From: an uncultured virus (IMG/VR IMGVR_UViG_3300021185_003028)
Taxonomy: Duplodnaviria; Heunggongvirae; Uroviricota; Caudoviricetes
IMG/VR virus record: IMGVR_UViG_3300021185_003028
Length of the DNA: 64,000 nt
Reading direction: 5' to 3' (one strand)
Below the pieces are notes generated by a model. The model was not told the origin of the DNA and did not search any database. It worked only from the letters and a program-made list of their open reading frames with translations. Position 1 is the stretch's first letter. Each line of letters opens with the position of its first letter. The translations under genes and the position numbers were made by a program. Of the stretch, positions 35,918 through 44,404 are shown piece after piece.

Positions 35918-37066
35918 CTATGGTTTCTTGACGAAGAGAGGGGCGAATAATCGGGCAGGTCTCGCATCGGTCACGCCACTCAGAGAGTCAGTTCCGCCCT
36001 GATTCGCATATGCGGTTGAGTCTCCATTTGAGCCTGCGGTTATCGCTTTCGATACCTTCGGAGTCATCTCAGGTTCTTCCATCTGACCGATGAGTGGGTT
36101 AGTTCCTCCGACTGTTGAGAATCCTCCACCCGCAGGATACGGCATTAGCCCGTTTGCTTTGTCCTCAAGGTTGTTCCCTGCGCCAATCGGAGTTCGATTG
36201 TCCCATGCAATGTTAGCAACACCCTTGCCGTATTGCCCGTATCGGTCGGCCATCCGTGATAGGGCGTTGGTATCGGACGATTTCAGTGTATCAGTAGTTA
36301 TCTCAACGATGCCGTTTAGATTGCCTCCTAAGCCTTGCCAATTGAACGCCGCAGGTGAAGTACCCACCTGATAGTATCGGGCAGGGATAGCCTGTGCTCT
36401 GATGCTCCCTGTGGCCTTCTCGACTTCGTGGGATGAAATGAGGAACTCATAATCCATCTCATATTCGATTGGCACGCCGTTGTTGTAAATGTCGATGGGA
36501 TTGACTGGCTGATTGAAGAATGCGATTTCATCCACGATGCAGTTATCGAGATAGTTAAGTGTGCCTGCGGGATTGGTTACACCCAATGTGTATCCTGCGA
36601 TATTGCCCGAATACGAAGCGACGGCAGTTCCATGCAATGCACCATTGACCCACATTTCAACAGTCCCTCCTGTGAACACGATAGTTAGATTTTGCCAAGC
36701 GTTCTGAATGTATGCGAATGATGCACCGATGGCAGTTCCAAAGAATTGAACCGTGAGTATGTTCCCCAATGTCTCGCCCTCGACTTGGACTGAGAGTACA
36801 TCAGGTGGTGATGACCCGACTTGAGGTATAGAGAACACACCTCGCTCATCTCGATAAGGAATGCTGTCAGTGACCCTTAGCCACATGGTTATCGCCGAAT
36901 CGGGACTGTGTACGGTCACATCGGTCTTGGTGTAGTAATAGTTCCCCGAACCCGTTGCGACCCATTCAATCGCATACGGAGCAGGACGACCGCCCCATTC
37001 GGCCCAATTAGGCACTTGGCGACATGCCCTGAGCAAGGCTGATGTATGATGATTCCGTTGCACCAT
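35918..37066 (-). CDS. LamG/ConA-like lectin domain virion protein
   Basis: AITMWL, WQNLTIVF..MWVNG, VDEIAFFN..IYNNG; structural-class promoter. Confidence 0.75.
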   Translation of the reverse strand: MVQRNHHTSALLRACRQVPNWAEWGGRPAPYAIEWVATGSGNYYYTKTDVTVHSPDSAITMWLRVTDSIPYRDERGVFSIPQVGSSPPDVLSVQVEGETLGNILTVQFFGTAIGASFAYIQNAWQNLTIVFTGGTVEMWVNGALHGTAVASYSGNIAGYTLGVTNPAGTLNYLDNCIVDEIAFFNQPVNPIDIYNNGVPIEYEMDYEFLISSHEVEKATGSIRAQAIPARYYQVGTSPAAFNWQGLGGNLNGIVEITTDTLKSSDTNALSRMADRYGQYGKGVANIAWDNRTPIGAGNNLEDKANGLMPYPAGGGFSTVGGTNPLIGQMEEPEMTPKVSKAITAGSNGDSTAYANQGGTDSLSGVTDARPARLFAPLFVKKP

Positions 37067-37082
37067 GAACTTCAATCAGCCG

Positions 37083-37412
37083 TCATGGTTTAGAACCTGT
37101 TCGGTAGTCATTCAGAACGAGTCTGCCTGTTGAGTGAACATCTGTGTGCCTCTGTTCGTTCGCCTTCGCAGGCGGCTCACCTTTTTCTATCGGTGCGAGA
37201 GCGGCTCGTCCGTCACTCCATCCACACGGTTTGGTTTTGTATTTGATTCTCCACCTGCGCTCACCTGACTTGGTGGTGCTCCACCCCTCTCGCTCTATTC
37301 GTCCCCTACACTCGGCGTAGGAGTAGTCGTAGTCTCGATTCTTGTGGGTCGATGGCATCGGGTTTCGATAGTAGCAGGGTGCTCCACAGTTAGGACATGG
37401 CATATTGCTCAC
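37083..37412 (-). CDS. Zinc-ribbon hypothetical protein
   Basis: CPNCG...C...CGW; ATGA overlap. Confidence 0.6.
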   Translation of the reverse strand: MSNMPCPNCGAPCYYRNPMPSTHKNRDYDYSYAECRGRIEREGWSTTKSGERRWRIKYKTKPCGWSDGRAALAPIEKGEPPAKANEQRHTDVHSTGRLVLNDYRTGSKP

Positions 37413-37627
37413 TCCTTAGTGTGCTCAGGGTGTTCTTTTGGCAAATGCTTGGTTCGTGTAGCCATGATGCCATCGAGCCTCTTAAGGAGGTTCTCAGCGG
37501 CTTTATCGAATCGTTTGGTTGAATGCACATCGTCGCACATCTGAACTTTCAATTCTGACAGGTCAATATCAGAGATGATGAGGTTGAGAATCTCCCACTC
37601 GGCATGTTGAACGCTCTTTGCTCTCAT
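37409..37627 (-). CDS. Hypothetical protein
   Basis: ATGA overlaps on both sides. Confidence 0.65.
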   Translation of the reverse strand: MRAKSVQHAEWEILNLIISDIDLSELKVQMCDDVHSTKRFDKAAENLLKRLDGIMATRTKHLPKEHPEHTKE

Positions 37628-37761
37628 AGGTGTTCACCTCGCATACGAGCAGGCAAGACCCTCGTGAAATTGCATTCGTCGCAACAGACGCCACCTTGAT
37701 TCAAGGTGTGTCCTGTTCCTTCAAATGTCCCTTGACAGAACTTGCATTTGTATGTTCGCAT
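37624..37761 (-). CDS. 45 aa zinc-finger protein MRTYKCKFC...CCDECN
   Basis: Below the ORF-track cutoff; own promoter; ATGA-coupled to the next gene. Confidence 0.65.
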   Translation of the reverse strand: MRTYKCKFCQGTFEGTGHTLNQGGVCCDECNFTRVLPARMRGEHL

Positions 37762-37799
37762 AAACAGGCTTAGGTGACACACCTATATAAGTGTGCCGC

Positions 37800-38315
37800 C
37801 TATGACTTGCGTTTTGGCCCTCTGATTGGTTTGCCGCTTTCAACGGCATTGATGCGTGCAAGGTCGGCCTCCAATTGATGTCGTTTGCGATTCTTTCGAC
37901 GCTGTCCCTTAGAGAGATTTGGTCGTGGTTTAACTGTCGTGTCTTCGCCCGTCATCTCGTTCAAACGGTGCTCGTGATAGCCCTTTTTGCGGTGGCAATT
38001 TGCACAGAGGACTTGGCACTTGGCAATCTCCTCCATGATGCGTTCCCACCCGTACCCGCTTGTCACGAGATGCGAAACAGAGACGACTTTGTTATCAGGG
38101 TCAAGGTGGTCGAAGTCGAGACTCCAAGCGTTGTCCTTGCCACTGTGACCGCACTCACAGCACGATAGGGTCTCCTTGTAGGCACGATAGCGTTGTTTGA
38201 GCGCACGACGCCTGTCACGCACCTGCTGACGCCTGTGGTCGCCGTTCTGAGCATACCAACCTTCGTGATACTTCTTCTGATAGGACTTGCGCCGTGAAGC
38301 ATCCTTGAAGGGTAT
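37800..38315 (-). CDS. HNH endonuclease, probable ATA start
   Basis: CCECG...LDFDHL...KCQVLCANCHR; frame extends upstream to ATA-PFKDASRRKSYQ, with GGAGG 7 nt before it. Confidence 0.8.
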   Translation of the reverse strand: MPFKDASRRKSYQKKYHEGWYAQNGDHRRQQVRDRRRALKQRYRAYKETLSCCECGHSGKDNAWSLDFDHLDPDNKVVSVSHLVTSGYGWERIMEEIAKCQVLCANCHRKKGYHEHRLNEMTGEDTTVKPRPNLSKGQRRKNRKRHQLEADLARINAVESGKPIRGPKRKS

Positions 38316-38332
38316 ATTTATCCCTCCATAAT

Positions 38333-38686
38333 TCAGGATTCGATGAGTGGCAACCGACCTTGATACTCGCCGCTCATTTTGATTTGTCGGACGATTTCAG
38401 GCAGTGGGAATCCCTTCACATCGACGAGACCTGCGTAGTATTGAATCTCGGCTTCTTTTGGCTTGCGACCCAAGAGGGCTTGGAAAGCCTCTTCGACGAA
38501 TGTAGCGGGTGATTTGGGGTAGCCGACCATTTCAGGGAGTTCTCCGATGACGGCCTTCTTCTCGGCCTTCTTCTCGACCTTTGGAGCGGGTGCAGGTTCT
38601 TCAACAGGAACTGCTTCGACCTTTGGAGCGGGTGCAGGTTCTTCGACCTTCTTTTCGGTTTTCTTGGATGACTTCTTGGTTGCCAT
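38333..38686 (-). CDS. Late protein with Lys/Pro/Glu-rich N-terminus and DUF4214-like domain
   Basis: FVEEAFQALLGRKPKEAEIQYY; repeated VEEPAPAPKVE (29-nt repeat, 42-nt period); structural-class promoter. Confidence 0.6.
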   Translation of the reverse strand: MATKKSSKKTEKKVEEPAPAPKVEAVPVEEPAPAPKVEKKAEKKAVIGELPEMVGYPKSPATFVEEAFQALLGRKPKEAEIQYYAGLVDVKGFPLPEIVRQIKMSGEYQGRLPLIES

Positions 38687-38711
38687 GATGTTCAAGTCCC
38701 GCACAGGGTTC

Positions 38712-39080
38712 TTAACAAGTTCGGCGGTATGAGGCTCTCCAAGCGGCCTTAACAGGCTCTGAGGTCTTGCCACGACCCATGCCAAAGGAGATAGCCATGC
38801 GTGTGCCTTCTGAGCGTTCTGTGCGAATTGCGTTAGCCATGTAAATCTCATCGACTACTCCACTTTCAGCCCATGTCATGAATCCGTCTTTTGCCGAGAT
38901 GACACAGACTTCCTCGTCACCCATGACTGACCAGTTATGGTATTCGATAGGAGCATCGTTGGATTCAAGGTTGAACCAAGCGTTGAGAGGGACGACAATT
39001 CGTGTGTCGTCACAGCCGTCAATTGCCATGAGGTCACGGATTGCGTTTTGGGCTTCGTAGGAGTAGCGTGTGTCTGCCAT
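38712..39080 (-). CDS. Hypothetical protein
   Basis: Own TTATATAGG promoter. Confidence 0.7.
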   Translation of the reverse strand: MADTRYSYEAQNAIRDLMAIDGCDDTRIVVPLNAWFNLESNDAPIEYHNWSVMGDEEVCVISAKDGFMTWAESGVVDEIYMANAIRTERSEGTRMAISFGMGRGKTSEPVKAAWRASYRRTC

Positions 39081-39126
39081 GTTTAATCGTAGGGTGCAGT
39101 CCTATATAAAGATTCCTCTGAAAGAA

Positions 39127-39615
39127 TCATTCATTCCATCGGAGTTCGATTGTCAAATCCATTCTGAATCCCATGCAGTCGCCTTGATTCCTGTCGAATC
39201 CATGCGACCTATCGACGCTGTTAATGGCCTTTGTCTCGTCTGAACGGGCCAACCTACACCAACGATAATCGGTGTTCCCATTGACCCCATTGGTCGTCAG
39301 GCTTCTATCGTTCAGAACCTTCGTGATATTGCGGTACAGCGTCCACACACCCGTTCTCGTAGGGTGGAACAGCGTTAGCATGAAGAATTGAGATACGACT
39401 TTGGGTATCGAGTCAGTTCCGTCGTCCAAGTGGGCCGTGATAACCTCGCCATATTCTTGCGTTATCGCTATTTGGTAGGTCTTCTGTTTCTTTGCCTCTA
39501 ACCATTCTGTATTCACGACGACAGTCCATCCGTTCGTGACAGGGGTATTGTCCTCGATAAGACCCGTCAAGAGAGTGTGCGGGTCGATGTATGGTGCTTG
39601 ACCACCGCTCGCCAT
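39127..39615 (-). CDS. Putative tail terminator/completion protein
   Basis: Follows the adaptor gene; size and the C-terminal strand FRMDLTIEL fit. Confidence 0.5.
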   Translation of the reverse strand: MASGGQAPYIDPHTLLTGLIEDNTPVTNGWTVVVNTEWLEAKKQKTYQIAITQEYGEVITAHLDDGTDSIPKVVSQFFMLTLFHPTRTGVWTLYRNITKVLNDRSLTTNGVNGNTDYRWCRLARSDETKAINSVDRSHGFDRNQGDCMGFRMDLTIELRWNE

Positions 39616-39617
39616 TT

Positions 39618-40247
39618 TCACGCACCGCCGTTGCCGAAGACTGAGACTGCTGTGTACGCATCTCGCTTGACACGGTCGAGCATCTCACGATATTCCTTTT
39701 CAGAAGAAGCGAGCAACCGATTCCACATTTCCTTGATGCGTGTCTCACAGTTCTCGTCATTGAGTGCGGCTCGTGCGGCTTGTCGTACCACGAGCATGAT
39801 TGTAGCCATTTTAGCCTCCATAGGAGGCTCTGTACGGCCTGCAATGTATGTTACCTTGAACAATTGCAGGGCTTGGATTCCTATTGCGCTATGGAAGCGT
39901 ATGATACCCGAATCGGCATCATCCAACCAATACTCATCGACACCATCCCTGTTGCGACCTTCGGTTAGTTCTGTCAAAGAGCCGTCAGACTTGGTCTCCT
40001 CGACTTTGGTCACAGAGATGATGGGGCGGTTGCCTAAGACGAGGTGCTTCATTCGTGTAGTCGAATCGAAGTATTCGATGTGTGTTTCAGTGCCTGCTAA
40101 CTGTCGGCCTGCGTAGGTATCAACCAAGCGTGAAGCATTGGTTATCATCGTAGCGATTTCAGCATCGGTCGGGCCGATTCCGTCGCTAAAATTGACACCT
40201 GAGTAGGCTTCGACTTCGGCAAGGGTGCAGTAGTCTATCGCTGTCAT
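39618..40247 (-). CDS. Head-tail adaptor (SPP1 gp15/HK97 gp6-like)
   Basis: YCTLAEVEAY...ASRLVDTY...PIISVT...VTYIAG; directly after the major capsid gene. Confidence 0.8.
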   Translation of the reverse strand: MTAIDYCTLAEVEAYSGVNFSDGIGPTDAEIATMITNASRLVDTYAGRQLAGTETHIEYFDSTTRMKHLVLGNRPIISVTKVEETKSDGSLTELTEGRNRDGVDEYWLDDADSGIIRFHSAIGIQALQLFKVTYIAGRTEPPMEAKMATIMLVVRQAARAALNDENCETRIKEMWNRLLASSEKEYREMLDRVKRDAYTAVSVFGNGGA

Positions 40248-40255
40248 GGTATTCA

Positions 40256-40295
40256 CTTCTCCTGTGGACGCTCGGTCAAAGAGCGTCGGGAGAAG
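40256..40295 (-). promoter_or_regulatory. Hairpin between capsid and adaptor genes that occludes the adaptor ribosome-binding site
   Basis: CTTCTCC-C-GACGCTC-TTTGACC-GAGCGTC-CACA-GGAGAAG; the GGAG Shine-Dalgarno is inside the stem. Confidence 0.5.
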
Positions 40296-40317
40296 CCTTC
40301 AACCGATGCAGTCAGTC

Positions 40318-41370
40318 TCAGACGGTGATGTCACGGATTAGCACGATTGCTTCTGTGTATCGAACACCGAAGGCGAGGTCTTGCTTAGGGATAAGCACGA
40401 ATCGGTCTTTGGTTGGTTCGTCGTGGAAGCCAATGCTGAACCTGCGCTCGGCGACTGTTGGGTTGCCGATTAGAGGAGAGCGGATATGGGTTAGAATAGC
40501 CAATCCCTTAGTTCCGTTGTGAGCCGCAGGGACTACACCGTTTGCGTCAAGGTTGGTTGGCAAAGCACCTGTTCCGAAGACACGGACACCGTAGATTTTG
40601 CCGATTTCACCGTTGAGGATAGTAGCGGATGGGCCGTACTTATCGACGGTTTGTAGTTCGGTGATTCCGAGCAAAGCGACTTCAACCGCACGAGGTACGA
40701 TGAGAGCAAGGTCGTCACGGTTGTCAGCATAGACGCCGAGAGCGGCGATTGCAGTTCTGATGTGAGCGAGTGACAAAGCACCTGCGGCATCGACGGGTGT
40801 TGCTGATGCGGACTTTCGTAGTCCGTCGAAGAGCAATTTGTAGTCGTTTGCGCTTGCTGAGACACCGAGAGGGTTTGCGGCGGCGTCGTATGCTCCGCTG
40901 ATGTTGTCAGCGAAGTTCGTGGTGGTTGTAGTGTCACCGTTCAGCAGGAGGCTTGCTTCGTTGAAAGCAAGGCGGGAGGCAATGTCGTCACGGAGGACAG
41001 CCATCAGACCTTCGACACCGTAGGCGACGAGGTAGTTCCCGATTGGAATGTTAGCAATCATGGTCTTGAGTTCAAGAGTGATTTCAGCAGTAGCGTGTCG
41101 AGACTCGCTTGCCGCTGTGCCTGCTTCGGTCATACCGAGCGTTTGTTGGTGGAAGTCCACTGAGCCTGACAATTTTGGAATGTTCATCTTGCGTCGGTTC
41201 ATTGGCATTGCAGGGAACAGACTTCGCATGAAGTTACGCTCATATACAATTCCGATGATTTCTTCGGCGGTCTCGGTCGGGAGCATTGTTGCACCTGTGG
41301 CGTTAGCCGCACCTGCAAGTGCATCCTTGACTCGTTGTGTCAGTTCTGTGAAGTCGATTTCTTGGCTCAT
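40318..41370 (-). CDS. Major capsid protein (HK97 fold)
   Basis: GATMLPTETAEEII, IPKL, LLNGD, GEIGKIYGVRV. Confidence 0.92.
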   Translation of the reverse strand: MSQEIDFTELTQRVKDALAGAANATGATMLPTETAEEIIGIVYERNFMRSLFPAMPMNRRKMNIPKLSGSVDFHQQTLGMTEAGTAASESRHATAEITLELKTMIANIPIGNYLVAYGVEGLMAVLRDDIASRLAFNEASLLLNGDTTTTTNFADNISGAYDAAANPLGVSASANDYKLLFDGLRKSASATPVDAAGALSLAHIRTAIAALGVYADNRDDLALIVPRAVEVALLGITELQTVDKYGPSATILNGEIGKIYGVRVFGTGALPTNLDANGVVPAAHNGTKGLAILTHIRSPLIGNPTVAERRFSIGFHDEPTKDRFVLIPKQDLAFGVRYTEAIVLIRDITV

Positions 41371-41425
41371 GTTTTATCTCTCCTGTCTTTGTGGGTATTA
41401 ACCGTATCGGTCAAAATACCCCGCT

Positions 41426-42115
41426 TCATTCCGTGCGGCGACCTCCGAGTCGTCCTTCAAGCCATGCTCCTAAGTGGGCCATGCCTTTGCTGACTTGCGG
41501 GCTTGCACCCTTGTCATGTGAAGTGACATCTGTTAGAATGTCGCTTGCGGTTGTTGCGGGGGATAGTGACTTAGGCGAAGCGGTTGCAGGTGCAACACCT
41601 TGCTCGGCCAATTTTTCAGCGACCTTAGCATCGACAGCGGCGTCGAACTCAGCCTGCTTTGCGTTTGCATCAATGGTCTCTGAGAGAGAGGAGATTTCAG
41701 CATCCTTCTCAGCGAGTAGTGCCTTCAAGGATTCTGTTTCGTCCAATCGAGCGATTAGATTGGATAGGCCAGTCTCGACTGCGGAGAGTGCAATGACTAC
41801 TTCGCTCAAGACTGCGCCTTCAACATCGTCCGCCTCTTCTTTGGTCTCGATTTCAACCTCGGCTGACTCTTCTTCGGTTGCTTCGGCAACCTCTTCAACG
41901 AGTTCTTCCTCGACGAGTTCTTCTTCGACTGCTTCCTCTTCCTCGACGAGTTCTTCTTCAAGAACTTCTTCTTCAACAACCTCTTCGGTTGCTTCTTCTT
42001 CAAGGACTTCTTCGGCCTTGACGGTGAAGGTTTCTTCAGGAGCGGATAATTCAGTAGGTGTCTCTTCAACAACCTCTTCGACGAGTTCCTCTGCGGCGAG
42101 TTCTGTTTCGGTCAT
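41426..42115 (-). CDS. Putative nested scaffold protein (229 aa) from an internal start
   Basis: In-frame ATG (MTETELAAEE) 20 nt after an internal GTTAAGACCC structural-class promoter. Confidence 0.5.
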   Translation of the reverse strand: MTETELAAEELVEEVVEETPTELSAPEETFTVKAEEVLEEEATEEVVEEEVLEEELVEEEEAVEEELVEEELVEEVAEATEEESAEVEIETKEEADDVEGAVLSEVVIALSAVETGLSNLIARLDETESLKALLAEKDAEISSLSETIDANAKQAEFDAAVDAKVAEKLAEQGVAPATASPKSLSPATTASDILTDVTSHDKGASPQVSKGMAHLGAWLEGRLGGRRTE

Positions 42116-42970
42116 GGCCTGTTGGCTGTCATCATGGGTCTTAACGGTATCGCCGCCGATAGACACATCAATGCGACTTTCCAAATCGCTGATTTTGGCT
42201 TCCAATCCCGCAACCACATCGAGTAGTTCGATGACTTCATCGGCCTCGTAGCCGAGTTCTGTTTCCTCTTGCGGTTCAGCAGGTTCGTCAGGGACTTCTT
42301 GGGACTTACCGAACTCGATAACATACGAGCCATCTCGCTCTTCGACTGCGATAATGTGCTTTGCTCCATCATATTCGACGACGGACTTGCTCACATTGAA
42401 TAGAGCGTTGGGGGAAGCGGGAATATCGACGACACTCGTCTCAATCCACTCAATGTTCGTGAACTTGAGATATGCCGAGTCGCCTCGACCCTCCTTGATT
42501 GCGGCCTTAGCAATGAAGCCGATAGAGAACGCCTTGAGCATGCCCTTGCGGATTTTACGGGTGATGTGCTCTTCTCCCCCATCAATGACTGCACGACCGA
42601 ACACAGCGGCGATTTTAGACCCATCAGGCTTCTCGTATGAACCCATTTCAACCGATTCCATCATACCGATGACTCCGTAGTCCTTGCGGTGATTGTAGAG
42701 GATAACAGGGTTCTTCTGATAGGAGTCCCATGACTCCATGATTGCTTCGGGGGATACGAGTTCCTTATGACGGTCAAGCATGCTCTCGTCGCCCACATAG
42801 ACAGGGCCGTACACTACAACATCGTTATCATCACGGTCAGGCTTCGCCGCCTTATCGACCGTGAACGGTGTGTTGATTTTGTACTCAAATGTGATGGTTT
42901 TTTCCTCACCCTCAAGTGATGCGAATAGGTCATCGTCATTGACGATAGTGGCATTAAGGAGACGACTCAT
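41426..42970 (-). CDS. Prohead protease fused to an acidic scaffold domain
   Basis: LDRHKELV, NPVILYNH, AFSIGF, ETSVVDIPASPNA; Glu-rich coiled-coil C-terminus. Confidence 0.9.
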   Translation of the reverse strand: MSRLLNATIVNDDDLFASLEGEEKTITFEYKINTPFTVDKAAKPDRDDNDVVVYGPVYVGDESMLDRHKELVSPEAIMESWDSYQKNPVILYNHRKDYGVIGMMESVEMGSYEKPDGSKIAAVFGRAVIDGGEEHITRKIRKGMLKAFSIGFIAKAAIKEGRGDSAYLKFTNIEWIETSVVDIPASPNALFNVSKSVVEYDGAKHIIAVEERDGSYVIEFGKSQEVPDEPAEPQEETELGYEADEVIELLDVVAGLEAKISDLESRIDVSIGGDTVKTHDDSQQAMTETELAAEELVEEVVEETPTELSAPEETFTVKAEEVLEEEATEEVVEEEVLEEELVEEEEAVEEELVEEELVEEVAEATEEESAEVEIETKEEADDVEGAVLSEVVIALSAVETGLSNLIARLDETESLKALLAEKDAEISSLSETIDANAKQAEFDAAVDAKVAEKLAEQGVAPATASPKSLSPATTASDILTDVTSHDKGASPQVSKGMAHLGAWLEGRLGGRRTE

Positions 42971-42994
42971 GCCCTCTCGGTTGTCCTACTTGGT

Positions 42995-43267
42995 TTAAGA
43001 GGGTGTTGTCCTCATCCACTGTGTATTGTTGGTTGAGCGGTCAATCCCCATGTTCGTGAACCCTGCTAACCTCAGCATGGGTGCAACGCCCTGCGGTGAT
43101 AAGTCCCAATACTTATTGCTCATGGCACGATGGCTCGATGCCCTGAGTTCCTCCATACGGGTTCTGATTTTATCAACAAACCATATCGTAGGCATTGGCT
43201 CATCGGGATTTAGTGATTCAAGTAAATCCCATACCCAATTCGGAACTTTTCGCCTTAGCCTACTCAT
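42995..43267 (-). CDS. Small hypothetical protein, possible wHTH
   Basis: Own TTATATAGG promoter. Confidence 0.6.
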   Translation of the reverse strand: MSRLRRKVPNWVWDLLESLNPDEPMPTIWFVDKIRTRMEELRASSHRAMSNKYWDLSPQGVAPMLRLAGFTNMGIDRSTNNTQWMRTTPS

Positions 43268-43305
43268 ATCAGGTGTTTGATGACACACCTATATAAGGAT
43301 GCCGC

Positions 43306-43986
43306 TTAAAGTTCCTTCTTGCGGGCTTCGTCGATGACCTGCTTCATGTGACTGATGCCACGAGAACCGACGACCAACCACTTGATTTGAGCCACTACAC
43401 CTGCGAGACGATAGTCCTTGAGATGACGAGCGGCCCACGCCTCACGCAGGCGCACAGCCTTCTCGTCTGTTGGAGTCTTGACTCCTGTGCTCTTGACCTT
43501 GCGTAGTCTGTTGAATTGGGTGTTGCCGAGTATGTTGCCACCCTTGCGCCAAATGTCAGGGTGCTCCTCTCTCAATTTGAGGGCATAGGCGAGTGGGAAC
43601 TGTGTGTACTCGCTATTGGCGAGACTAACTTTGTCGTCGTCGCCACGCTTGGGGAAGTTCGTCTTGGGTGCTTTGATTTCAAACGACTTAGACGACTTAG
43701 GGTGGCCCTTCGGCAGTAGGTCGGTATCATGCTTGCCACTTCGGAACTTGCCATTGCGGAGCACATAGAGGAATGAATTAACACGAGCATAGGCCCATTG
43801 GTCAGCCGACGAGACTGACGGCCTCACAGATGATGGGTTGGTGTTGTATGCACCCACACCACGCTTAAAGACCGCTATAAGCGTCCGTGTGCTCGTTCTT
43901 TTGGTTTTGGCTGTCCCAACCTTCTCGTTATGTTTCTTGGCCTTCTCGGACAGTCCTTTACGCACAGAATCGCTAATCGTTACCAT
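43306..43986 (-). CDS. Basic two-domain head-region protein of unknown function
   Basis: AVFKRGVGAY..SVRP..QWAYARVNSFL domain plus IWRKGGNI..REAWAARH domain. Confidence 0.7.
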   Translation of the reverse strand: MVTISDSVRKGLSEKAKKHNEKVGTAKTKRTSTRTLIAVFKRGVGAYNTNPSSVRPSVSSADQWAYARVNSFLYVLRNGKFRSGKHDTDLLPKGHPKSSKSFEIKAPKTNFPKRGDDDKVSLANSEYTQFPLAYALKLREEHPDIWRKGGNILGNTQFNRLRKVKSTGVKTPTDEKAVRLREAWAARHLKDYRLAGVVAQIKWLVVGSRGISHMKQVIDEARKKEL

Positions 43987-43990
43987 TGTC

Positions 43991-44404
43991 TCACCTAATC
44001 GTTCGGGGTAATTGTCGTTTGAAGAACATATCCATCTCTCGACCTATGACCTTCTTGGATTTGCTCTGTGCGTATCGAACGGCACGAGTCATATACAATC
44101 GTGGTGGGAACGGTGCAAACGACACACGGCCGAACTCAACGACCTGTGCGTAGGCAACCTTGCTGTTCCCGAATCGGACTTGTAGTCCCTTGCGGTCAGG
44201 TGTCTTGGCTATTCGTCCTGACGCTCTCAAAGCACCCGTCCTAACAGGTACGAGTTCCTTCGCTCGCTTGAGAACGACCTCGGCAATTTGACGCTTCATC
44301 TCCATTGTAGGGGCGTCTATTGACGCTTTCAAATGCTCAAAGACCAAACCCAAACGGCGAAAAACGCCTGTATCAACCTGAACTTTGATTCCCTCGTTTG
44401 CCAT
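43991..44404 (-). CDS. HK97 gp10-like neck/tail completion protein
   Basis: AKELVPVRTGALRAS, YAQVVEFG, PRLYMTRA. Confidence 0.85.
   Translation of the reverse strand: MANEGIKVQVDTGVFRRLGLVFEHLKASIDAPTMEMKRQIAEVVLKRAKELVPVRTGALRASGRIAKTPDRKGLQVRFGNSKVAYAQVVEFGRVSFAPFPPRLYMTRAVRYAQSKSKKVIGREMDMFFKRQLPRTIR

Noticed and set aside
41391..42251. 286 aa Ser-rich + strand ORF (also 12713..13321, 15249..16076, 53683..54390)
   Set aside because: Antisense shadows of biased - strand genes; no promoter motif on the + strand.
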